A stretch of DNA of 64,000 nucleotides from an uncultured Acidimicrobiaceae bacterium (GTDB lineage Bacteria > Actinomycetota > Acidimicrobiia > Spongiisociales > UBA5794). The stretch spans positions 358 through 64,357 of the forward strand of contig CAZPAV010000009.1 in NCBI GenBank assembly GCA_964584755.1. Reading direction: 5' to 3'. The position numbers and the translations under genes were made by a program. Every line of letters starts with the position of its first letter. Position 1 is the first letter of the stretch. This document shows positions 48,257 to 56,349 of this stretch, in pieces. Under the pieces are notes generated by a model. It was not told where the DNA came from, did not search any database, and saw nothing but the letters and a program-made list of their open reading frames with translations.

Positions 48257-49068
48257 CGACCGCCGGCACCAGCTCGAACGCCCCCGAGGCGCCGGTCCTG
48301 TGGGAACGGGACGGCGCGGTGGGGATCATCACCCTCAATCGTCCGCAGGCGCTCAACGCCCTCACCGTCGAGATGCTCGAGACGATGGAGCGGATCGTCG
48401 CCGACGCGGAGGGGGACCCCGACCTGCGGGTGCTCGTGCTCACCGCCTCGGGCGAGAAGGCGTTCTGCGTCGGCGCCGACCTCAAGGCCCGCGCCGCCGA
48501 GTACGAGGCGGGTACGGTGCACGACCCGCTCGGGGACCTCATCCGCCGGGTCCAGCGACGGTTCGAGACGAGCGACAAGCCGATCATCGCCGCCCTCTTC
48601 GGCTACGTCCTCGGCGGGGGCCTCGAGATGGCCCTCGCCTGTGACCTGCGAGTGGCCACCGAGGGGGCCCAGCTCGGCTTCCCGGAGGCGCGGGTGGGGA
48701 GCATGCCGGGGGTGGGGGGCACTCAGCGGACGACGCGACTCGTCGGCGCGTCCCGGGCGAAGGAGCTCATGTTCACCGGGGAGCGGATCCGCGCCGAGCA
48801 GGCCCTGCAGTGGGGGCTCGTCAACCGGGTCGTGCCCGAGGGCACGCTCATGGAGGCGACCCGGGAGCTCGCCGGGAAGGTCGCGGCGAACGCGCCGCTG
48901 TCGCTGGGGCGCATCAAGGCGGCGGTGAACCGGGCGGCGGACGTCGATCTCGACACCGGGCTCGCGTTCGAGGCGATGTGTCACGCCGTGCTCAGGCACA
49001 GCGAGGACCGCAAGGAGGGTATCCAGGCCTTCGTGGACAAGCGGAAGCCCGTGTTCAAGGGTCGTTGA
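48253..49068 (+). CDS. Enoyl-CoA hydratase (two catalytic Glu)
   Basis: [40 protein letters not shown]. Confidence 0.92.
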   Translation: MTTAGTSSNAPEAPVLWERDGAVGIITLNRPQALNALTVEMLETMERIVADAEGDPDLRVLVLTASGEKAFCVGADLKARAAEYEAGTVHDPLGDLIRRVQRRFETSDKPIIAALFGYVLGGGLEMALACDLRVATEGAQLGFPEARVGSMPGVGGTQRTTRLVGASRAKELMFTGERIRAEQALQWGLVNRVVPEGTLMEATRELAGKVAANAPLSLGRIKAAVNRAADVDLDTGLAFEAMCHAVLRHSEDRKEGIQAFVDKRKPVFKGR

Positions 49069-49081
49069 GGAGGTCGAGAAG

Positions 49082-49816
49082 GTGAACGTCAGCAATCGGG
49101 TCGCGATCGTGACCGGGGCCGGCCAGGGGATCGGCGAGGGGATCGCGCGCGCCTTCGCGGCGCGCGGGGCGAAGGTCGTCGTCAACGACGTGGTCGCCGA
49201 CCGTGCCGCGGCGGTGGCCGAGGACCTCGGGGGGAACGGGGTGGCGATCCCCGCCGACATCTCGGTGGCGGAGGGGGCGAACGAGCTCGTGGCGAAGGCC
49301 ACCGAGGCCTTCGGCCAGGTGGACGTGCTCGTGAACAACGCCGGGATCTCCCGCCCCGGGTACGTGGCGAAGATGAGCGACGAGGACTGGGAGAGCGTCC
49401 TCAAGGTGAACCTCACCGCCCAGTTCCTCACCTGCCGGGCCGTCATCCCCCAGATGATGGAGCGGAAGTGGGGCCGGATCGTCAACATCTCCTCCCGGGC
49501 GTGGCTCGGGGGGGCGGGACAGGCGAACTACTCGGCGTCGAAGGGCGGCGTCGTCAGCCTCACCCGCAGCCTCGCGCTCGAGCTCGCCCGCTTCGGGATC
49601 ACGGTGAACGCCGTCGCCCCCGCGCTCGTCGACACCCCGCTCTTCCAGGGCCTCAAGGACGAGATCAAGGAGAAGCTGGTGAAGACGATCCCGATGCGCC
49701 GGGTGGGGACGCCAGACGACATCGCCAACGCGGTGCTCTTCTTCGCGGCCGAGGAGTCGGCGTACGTCACCGGCCAGCTCCTGTACGTCTGCGGCGGCCG
49801 TAGCCTCGGGGCGTGA
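49082..49816 (+). CDS. SDR, resembling BbsD (2-[hydroxy(phenyl)methyl]succinyl-CoA dehydrogenase)
   Basis: NRVAIVTG, GRIVNISSRAWLGGAGQANYS, PDDIAN, VTGQLLYVCGGRSL. Confidence 0.85.
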   Translation: MNVSNRVAIVTGAGQGIGEGIARAFAARGAKVVVNDVVADRAAAVAEDLGGNGVAIPADISVAEGANELVAKATEAFGQVDVLVNNAGISRPGYVAKMSDEDWESVLKVNLTAQFLTCRAVIPQMMERKWGRIVNISSRAWLGGAGQANYSASKGGVVSLTRSLALELARFGITVNAVAPALVDTPLFQGLKDEIKEKLVKTIPMRRVGTPDDIANAVLFFAAEESAYVTGQLLYVCGGRSLGA

Positions 49817-49832
49817 CCACGGGGACGACGCC

Positions 49833-51092
49833 ATGGGCATGACCGTCGCGGAGAAGATCCTCGCCCGGGCCTCGGGCCGGGCGTCCGTGCGCGCCGGGGA
49901 GTTCGTCGTCGCCGAGATCGATCTGGCGATGACCCACGACATCTTCGCGGCGACGGTCTTCGACGCCCTGCTCGACCTCGGCCGGGAGAAGGTGTTCGAC
50001 CCGGCGAAGGTCGCGGTCGTCATCGACCACCTCGTCCCCGCGCCGTCCGCCCAGGCGGCGGCGATCCACCATCGCATCCGGGAGCACGTCGAGCGGTTCG
50101 GGATCGGGATCTTCTACGACGCCGGGGAGGGCATCTCGCACCAGCTCCTCCCGGAGCGGGGCCACATCCGACCCGGGATGCTCGTGGTCGGAACGGACTC
50201 CCACACCACCACCTACGGTGCGCTCGGTGCCGCGGGGACGGGCGTGGGCACGTCCGACATGGTGTACGCGCTCGCCACCGGGCGGCTCTGGTTCCGGGTT
50301 CCCGAGACCATCCGCTTCGAGCTCGCCGGCGCCCTCGAGCCGCTCGTCTCCTGGAAGGACGTCGTGCTCGCCATCGCGGGGCGGATCGGGAGCGACGGTG
50401 CCCAGTACCGGGCCCTCGAGTTCGGTGGGCCCGGCGTGGCGTCGGCGCCGGTCTCGGGCCGTCTCACGGTGGCGAACATGGCCGTCGAGCTGGGGGCGAA
50501 GTTCGGGATCTTCCCCGCCGACGAGTGCACCTTCGCGTACCTCGGGGAGGAGACCCCGGGGGCGCCACGGCCCGATCCGGACGCGGCGTACCTCACCGTC
50601 GAGGAGCTCGAACTCGCCACGCTCGGACCGCAGGTGGCGCTCCCCTCCGACGTCGACCGGGTGACGGCGGTGCGGGACGCGGAGCCGGTACGGATCGACC
50701 AGGCGTTCCTCGGGTCCTGCACCAACGGGCGGCTCGACGACCTCCAGGCCGCCGCCGCCATCCTCCGGGGGCGGAAGGTCGCCCCGGGGGTGCGACTCCT
50801 CGTGGCCCCGGCGTCCCGCCGCGTCCTCGAGGCGGCGCTCGCCGACGGGACCGTCGCCACGCTCGTCGCGGCGGGCGCCACGCTCCTCGCCGCGGGGTGC
50901 GGGCCCTGCTTCGGCGGCCACGGCGGGCTCCTCGCTCCCGGCGAGCGATGCGTCTCGACGAGCAATCGGAACTTCGTGGGACGCATGGGATCCCCCGCGG
51001 CCGAGATCTACCTCGCCTCGCCCGCCACCGTGGCCGCCTCGGCGGTGGCGGGGCGGCTCGTCGACCCCAGGGAGGTGCAGGATGGCCGCTGA
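49833..51092 (+). CDS. leuC: LeuC/HacA-family hydro-lyase large subunit
   Basis: DHLVP, GTDSHT, FLGSCTNGR, GCGPCFG, STSNRNFVGRMG. Confidence 0.92.
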   Translation: MGMTVAEKILARASGRASVRAGEFVVAEIDLAMTHDIFAATVFDALLDLGREKVFDPAKVAVVIDHLVPAPSAQAAAIHHRIREHVERFGIGIFYDAGEGISHQLLPERGHIRPGMLVVGTDSHTTTYGALGAAGTGVGTSDMVYALATGRLWFRVPETIRFELAGALEPLVSWKDVVLAIAGRIGSDGAQYRALEFGGPGVASAPVSGRLTVANMAVELGAKFGIFPADECTFAYLGEETPGAPRPDPDAAYLTVEELELATLGPQVALPSDVDRVTAVRDAEPVRIDQAFLGSCTNGRLDDLQAAAAILRGRKVAPGVRLLVAPASRRVLEAALADGTVATLVAAGATLLAAGCGPCFGGHGGLLAPGERCVSTSNRNFVGRMGSPAAEIYLASPATVAASAVAGRLVDPREVQDGR

Positions 51093-51579
51093 CGTCGTGC
51101 GGGGCCGGGCCTGGTGCTTCGGTGACGACATCAGCACCGACCTGCTCTCGCCGGGGGCGTACGCGGTCGATCCCGTCGAGGTCCGGAAGCTCCACGTCCT
51201 CGAGTCGGTGAACCCGTCCTTCGCCGCCGAGGTCCGACCCGGGGACGTGGTGGTGGCCGGGAGGAACTTCGGCTGTGGCTCGAGCCGGGAGACGGCGCCG
51301 GAGAACCTCGCCGCGCTCGGCGTCTCGTGCGTGGTCGCCTCGTCGCTGGCCCGCATCTTCCTGCGCAACGCCGTGGCGATCGGTCTCCCCGTGCTCATCT
51401 GCCCCGGCGTCGACGCCGCGGTCCACGACGGAGACGAGGTGGAGGTCGACCTGGGCGCGGGGACCGTCCGGGTGCTGCCCGACGGCCCGACGCTCCGAGG
51501 GGAGGGTCTCCCCGAGGCGATGCGGGAGATCCTCGCCGCCGGCGGCATCCTCGCCGTGCTCCGCTCCGGAGAGGGGTGA
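51082..51579 (+). CDS. leuD: LeuD/HacB-family hydro-lyase small subunit
   Basis: FGDDISTD, AGRNFGCGSSRE, ARIFLRNAVAIGLP. Confidence 0.92.
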   Translation: MAADVVRGRAWCFGDDISTDLLSPGAYAVDPVEVRKLHVLESVNPSFAAEVRPGDVVVAGRNFGCGSSRETAPENLAALGVSCVVASSLARIFLRNAVAIGLPVLICPGVDAAVHDGDEVEVDLGAGTVRVLPDGPTLRGEGLPEAMREILAAGGILAVLRSGEG

Positions 51580-51603
51580 GGGCGGGTCGCGTCGCGAAAG
51601 GGG

Positions 51604-51637
51604 TTGACGCGCGAGTATTCTGACCGTATGGTCAGAA
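51604..51637 (+). promoter_or_regulatory. Sigma70-type promoter with overlapping palindromic operator
   Basis: TTGACG(51604-09)-N17-TATGGT(51627-32); palindrome TTCTGACC-GTAT-GGTCAGAA (51618-37). Confidence 0.8.
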
Positions 51638-51677
51638 CGAGCGCCTCACCCGAGGCCGTGGCGAAGCGGAGTCGTGC

Positions 51678-52349
51678 ATGGCGGTGACCCTCCCCGGGGA
51701 CGGGACCCTGACGGATCTCCTCGAGGTCCTCGGTCGCACCGCGGACGCGATGATCGCCGTCGACGGCGATCTGCGCATCGTGGCCTGGAACGACGCGGCG
51801 ACCGAGCTGCTCGGGTTCAGGCCCGAGGAGGCGCTCGGCCGGCCCTGCCACGAGGTCCTCGCCTGGGTCGACCGGTGCGGGGATCCGGTCTGCGACGCCG
51901 ACTGTCCCGCCTCCTGCCCCGGCGAGCCCGACGAGCTGGTGCGGACCCGCGACGTCATGGGTCGTTCCCGGACGGGCCGGCGTCTCTGGCTGAGCGCCAC
52001 GACGATCGTGCCCCCGCCGGAGCTCCGGGACCGGTGCCGCCTCATCCACCTCGTCCGTGAGGTGGGCCTCCCCCCCGAGCTCGAGCGGCTCCTCGCCGAG
52101 CGGCTCGGTGGTCTCCTGGAGCCGCCGGAGCGTCCCCGCGACGAGTTCGCCGAACGGCTCGCCCGCCTCACGCCACGTGAGCGGGAGGTGCTCGGCCTCC
52201 TCACCGAGGGCCTCGACGGTGCCACGATCGCCGAGCGCCTCTATCTGTCACGCACCACGGTGCGCAACCACGTCCAGCACATCCTCAACAAGCTCGAGGT
52301 CCACAGCCGGGTCGAGGCGGTCGCGCTCGCCCTCCGCTCCACCTCCTGA
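51678..52349 (+). CDS. PAS-domain plus LuxR-HTH transcriptional regulator, Cys-rich PAS
   Basis: AMIAVD...WNDAATELLG PAS start; LTPREREVL...TTVRNHVQHILNKL. Confidence 0.9.
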   Translation: MAVTLPGDGTLTDLLEVLGRTADAMIAVDGDLRIVAWNDAATELLGFRPEEALGRPCHEVLAWVDRCGDPVCDADCPASCPGEPDELVRTRDVMGRSRTGRRLWLSATTIVPPPELRDRCRLIHLVREVGLPPELERLLAERLGGLLEPPERPRDEFAERLARLTPREREVLGLLTEGLDGATIAERLYLSRTTVRNHVQHILNKLEVHSRVEAVALALRSTS

Positions 52350-52368
52350 GCGGGCCCGTCTCCCGGCC

Positions 52369-52395
52369 GTAATCCGCCCGTAACACGCCGGAAAC
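52369..52395 (+). promoter_or_regulatory. GlnR-box-like repeat upstream of amtB
   Basis: GTAAT-N6-GTAAC-N6-GAAAC, matching the actinobacterial gTnAc-N6-GaAAc pattern. Confidence 0.7.
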
Positions 52396-52439
52396 ACTCG
52401 GCGGCGACCATGGGCGCTCGTCGAGCGAGGAGGGGATCG

Positions 52440-53636
52440 GTGAGCGCCGGAGACATCGCCTGGGTGCTCGTGAGCTGCGCCCTCGTGCTCTTCATGACCC
52501 CGGGTCTCGCCCTCTTCTACGGGGGCATGGTCCGTTCGAAGAACGTCCTCGGCATGCTCCTCAAGAACTTCTTCACGATCTCCATCGTGACGGTGATCTG
52601 GGTGCTCGTGGGGTTCACCCTCGCCTTCGGACCGGACTGGGGCGGGATCGTCGGCGGGCTCCAGTACGCGGGTCTCGTCGGTCTGGAGCCTCGACTCCTC
52701 CTCTTCGCGCTCTTCCAGATGATGTTCGCCATCATCACGCCGGCGCTCATCACCGGCGCCGTGGCGGAGCGCATGCGGTTCTCGGCGTGGGTCCTCTTCA
52801 CCACGCTCTGGGCGATCCTCGTCTACCCGCTCGTGGCCCACTGGGCGTTCTCCGCCGACGGCTGGCTCTACGCCTGGGGGGTCCGGGACTTCGCCGGCGG
52901 TCTCGTCGTGCACGTCAACGCGGGCATCGCCGCGCTCGCCCTCGTCTTCGTCCTCGGGCCGCGCCGAGGATTCCGACGGGAGGCGATCCGTCCCCACTCC
53001 CTCCCCCTCACCCTCCTGGGCACCGGCATCCTCTGGTTCGGATGGTTCGGGTTCAACGCCGGCTCGGCCTTCGCCGCCGACGCCGGGGCCATCACCGCCT
53101 TCGCCTCGACCCAGATCGCGGCCGCGGTGGCGGCCTTGGGATGGGTCGTCGTCGAGTGGTGGCGCACCGGGAAGCCCACCACCCTCGGCGCCGCCTCCGG
53201 GGCGGTGGCCGGGCTCGTCGCCATCACCCCCGGAGCGGGGTACGTGGATCCCCTCTCGGCCATGGCGATCGGCTTCATCGCCGGGGTGGTGTGCTTCTGG
53301 GCGGTGAGCCTGAAGTTCCGCTTCGGCTACGACGACTCCCTCGACGTCGTCGGCGTGCACCTCGTGGGTGGGATCGTCGGCTCGGTCCTCGTCGGCGTCT
53401 TCGCCCGCACCGCGGTCTCCGGCGCCGTACCCGACGGACTGCTGTTCGGCGGGGTGGCGTTCTTCGGGAAGCAGGTCGCCGCGGTCGCGGTCGTCCTCGT
53501 CTTCGGCTTCGTCGCCTCGTACGTGCTCGCTCGGGTCGTGAAGGCGATCACCGGACTTCGGGTCGAGGAGCGGGAGGAGATCGACGGGCTCGACATCTCG
53601 CTCCACGAGGAACGGGCATATGTGCTCGCCGAGTAG
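52440..53636 (+). CDS. amtB: Ammonium transporter
   Basis: FMTPGLALFYGG, DFAGGLVVH, LWFGWFGFNAGS, AITPGAG, DDSLDVVGVH. Confidence 0.97.
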   Translation: MSAGDIAWVLVSCALVLFMTPGLALFYGGMVRSKNVLGMLLKNFFTISIVTVIWVLVGFTLAFGPDWGGIVGGLQYAGLVGLEPRLLLFALFQMMFAIITPALITGAVAERMRFSAWVLFTTLWAILVYPLVAHWAFSADGWLYAWGVRDFAGGLVVHVNAGIAALALVFVLGPRRGFRREAIRPHSLPLTLLGTGILWFGWFGFNAGSAFAADAGAITAFASTQIAAAVAALGWVVVEWWRTGKPTTLGAASGAVAGLVAITPGAGYVDPLSAMAIGFIAGVVCFWAVSLKFRFGYDDSLDVVGVHLVGGIVGSVLVGVFARTAVSGAVPDGLLFGGVAFFGKQVAAVAVVLVFGFVASYVLARVVKAITGLRVEEREEIDGLDISLHEERAYVLAE

Positions 53637-53660
53637 GGTCGGCGGGAGGAGGGAGCAACG

Positions 53661-53999
53661 GTGAAGCTCGTCGTCGCGTTCATCAAGCCGTTCAAGCTCG
53701 AGGAGGTCAAGGCCGGACTCAAGGAGGTCGGCGTCTCCGGGATGTCGGTCACGGAGGTGCGGGGCTTCGGTCGCCAGGCCGGCCAGACCGAGATCTACCG
53801 GGGCGCCGAGTATCAGGTGGAGTTCCTCCCCAAGGTGCGTGTCGAGGTGGCGGTCCCGGCGGCGCTCGTCGACGACGCGGTGGCGACCATCGAACGGGCG
53901 GCGCGCAGCGGCGAGATCGGGGACGGGAAGATCCTCGTCCTGCCCCTCGAGGAGGTCGTGCGGATCCGAACCGGAGAGCGCGGCGAGGGGGCGATCTGA
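53661..53999 (+). CDS. glnB: PII nitrogen regulatory protein (GlnB/GlnK)
   Basis: IKPFKLEEV, GFGRQ, YRGAEY, FLPKV, GEIGDGKI. Confidence 0.97.
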   Translation: MKLVVAFIKPFKLEEVKAGLKEVGVSGMSVTEVRGFGRQAGQTEIYRGAEYQVEFLPKVRVEVAVPAALVDDAVATIERAARSGEIGDGKILVLPLEEVVRIRTGERGEGAI

Positions 54000-56344
54000 C
54001 GGGCGCGCCGGACCGGCCGCTCGCCCGCGTCCTGGCCACCCTGGCGCGTTGGCGGGAGGGTCCACCCGCCGGGCGCGACCCCGACGACCTGGGGGACGAG
54101 CTCGCCACGATGCTCGACACGGAGCTGGCCGGGTGCTTCGCCCCGTTGCGCGAGCACGGCTGTCTCGTCGCGGTCGGGGGGTACGGGCGTCGCGATCTCT
54201 CCCTCGCCTCCGACGTCGACCTCGTCCTCCTCCACGACGGATCCATCGCCGGGGAGGCCGTCCACGCCGTCCTCTACCCGCTGTGGGACGCGGGCCTTCG
54301 GGTGGGGCACGCCACCGGGACCCCCCGCGAGGTGATCGGGATGGCTCGCGACCATCTCGACCGGTGCTGCGCCCTCCTCACGGCCCGTCCCGTGACGGGC
54401 CGTGAGGCGCTCTGGCACGACCTGGAGGGCCGGCTCGTGAAGCTCCTGCGGCGGGAGCGGGCCGGACTGGGCGACCTCCTCGCCGCGGAGCAGGAGACGG
54501 TGTGGGAGGAGGAGCCGTTCGCCCGGCAGGAGCTCGACCTCAAGGCCGGTCGCGGTGGTCTGCGGACCCTCCACCGGATCTGGTGGGATCGGCGCCGGGC
54601 GGAGCTCGCGGGGGAGCCGGCCGCCGCGCCGCCGCCGGAGGTCCTCGCCGCGGCCGCGACGTTGCGACGGGTCCGCACCGCCCTCCACGCCGTGGCCGGT
54701 CGTCCGCTCGACCGGTACGTCATCGACCTGCGGGGACCGGTGGCACGCTGGCTGCGACGGGATCCGCTCGCAGTCGCCGCCGACGTGTACGGTGCGGCCC
54801 GGCGACTCGACGCCTACGCGGTGGCGTGGTGGGAGGGCCGGCGGCGCGCGACGGACCCGGTGGGCGCCGCGGGGCGGGCGCTGCGGCGGCGCCTCGGCCG
54901 CTGGCGGGGTCGCGGTGATCCCCCTGCGGACCCGACCCCGGGGTGCGACCGGCCCCCGGCGCGGGGATCGGTCGCACCGGCGTGGAGCGCCGCGGACCGG
55001 GCGGCGTTCGTGGAGGCGCTCGCCGCCGGCCGTGCCGGATGGGAGCGTCTCCTGCGTCGCGGCTACGGCGGATGGTTCCACGAGTGGCTCCCGGAGCTCG
55101 ACCACGTGTGGGGTCGACCCCAGGCGGCCCCGTTCCACGAGCATCCGGTGGGTGCCCATCTGGGGCGGACGGCCGTCGAGATGGTCCGGTTCACCGAGCG
55201 CGAGACCTTCGGCCGGGAGCTCGCCGCGGGCGTCGGCTCCCCGGCGACGCTCCTCCTCGCCGCCTTCCTCCACGACGTCGGCAAGGGACGACCCGGGGAC
55301 CACGCCGTCGCCGGCGCCCGGATCGCCGCGGCGCTGCTCCACCGGATCGGGTTCGTCGCGCCGGCTCCGGTGGTGACGCGTGCCGTCCGGGACCACCTCC
55401 TCCTCCCCGAGGTCGCCTTCCGGCGGGACCTCACCGACCGGGCCGTCGTCGCCCAGGTGGCCGCCGCGGTGGAGGACCGGGCCATGCTCGACCTGCTCAC
55501 CGCCCTCGCCGTCGCCGACGGTCGCGCCACCGGGGACCTGTCCTGGTCGAGCTGGAAGGAGGCGCTGCTCCGCGAGCTCCACGCCAAGGTGGCGGCGCAC
55601 CTCGCCGGACGTCCCGCCGGCGTCGCCCGGGAGCGTTTCGCCGCGGTGGTGGCCCTGGTGGGGCGCCACGCCGCCGACGAGCTCGCCGGTCACGTCCTCT
55701 CCATGCCCGCCGGTTACCTCGACCGGTACTCCGCCGACGAGGTCGCCACGCACCTGCGACTGGCCACCGTCGTCTCGGGTTCCGGCGGGGTGCGTCTGGC
55801 GTCACGCCGCGACGGTCCGCTCGACGTCATCGTCCTCGTCGCCGTCGACCGTCCCGGGCTACTGGCGACGATCTCGGGGGTGCTCGCCGTCCATCGGATC
55901 TCCGTGGTGGACGCCCGCATCGCCACCCGCGCCGACGGCGTCGCCATCGACACCTTCCGCGTCGTCGCCGAGCACGGCGGGCACCTCGACGAGGAGCGGA
56001 TCGGCCGTCTCCGCCGCGACCTCGACGCCGCCATCGGGGGGATCCTCGACGTGGCGGCCCGGCTGGCCGCGCTCCGCGCCGGTCCGGTCCCCACGTCGGC
56101 CGCCGGCGGGGACGTCCGCCTCCGCGACGAGCACGGCGCCCTCGTCGTCGAGGTGCGAGGCGCCGACCGACCGAGGTTCCTCCACGACTGTGCCGCGGCG
56201 CTCGCCGCGGCGGGCGCCGAGATCCGGGTGGCGAAGATCGACACCCGCCGGGGTCGGGCACTTGACGTGTTCGTCCTCGACGGCGACCTACCGCCCGAGG
56301 GACGGGATCGCCTGCGTCGGGAGCTCCTCGCCGTGCTCGGGTGA
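53996..56344 (+). CDS. glnD: PII nucleotidyltransferase GlnD (start uncertain)
   Basis: VAVGGYGR...SDVDL, LYPLWD, DLKAGRGGLR, HD domain LHDVGKG, ACT domains DRPGLL and DRPRFL; amtB-glnB-glnD order. Confidence 0.9.
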   Translation: MTGAPDRPLARVLATLARWREGPPAGRDPDDLGDELATMLDTELAGCFAPLREHGCLVAVGGYGRRDLSLASDVDLVLLHDGSIAGEAVHAVLYPLWDAGLRVGHATGTPREVIGMARDHLDRCCALLTARPVTGREALWHDLEGRLVKLLRRERAGLGDLLAAEQETVWEEEPFARQELDLKAGRGGLRTLHRIWWDRRRAELAGEPAAAPPPEVLAAAATLRRVRTALHAVAGRPLDRYVIDLRGPVARWLRRDPLAVAADVYGAARRLDAYAVAWWEGRRRATDPVGAAGRALRRRLGRWRGRGDPPADPTPGCDRPPARGSVAPAWSAADRAAFVEALAAGRAGWERLLRRGYGGWFHEWLPELDHVWGRPQAAPFHEHPVGAHLGRTAVEMVRFTERETFGRELAAGVGSPATLLLAAFLHDVGKGRPGDHAVAGARIAAALLHRIGFVAPAPVVTRAVRDHLLLPEVAFRRDLTDRAVVAQVAAAVEDRAMLDLLTALAVADGRATGDLSWSSWKEALLRELHAKVAAHLAGRPAGVARERFAAVVALVGRHAADELAGHVLSMPAGYLDRYSADEVATHLRLATVVSGSGGVRLASRRDGPLDVIVLVAVDRPGLLATISGVLAVHRISVVDARIATRADGVAIDTFRVVAEHGGHLDEERIGRLRRDLDAAIGGILDVAARLAALRAGPVPTSAAGGDVRLRDEHGALVVEVRGADRPRFLHDCAAALAAAGAEIRVAKIDTRRGRALDVFVLDGDLPPEGRDRLRRELLAVLG

Positions 56345-56349
56345 GCCGG

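Noticed and set aside
37036-51579. Anaerobic toluene degradation
   Set aside because: No benzylsuccinate synthase, activase or BbsG in the window; Bbs-like genes alone do not show this, though it cannot be excluded genome-wide.
14797-52349. Mobile element or recently acquired genomic island
   Set aside because: I saw no integrase, transposase, tRNA attachment site or flanking direct repeats; composition looks similar to the flanks by eye (not computed).
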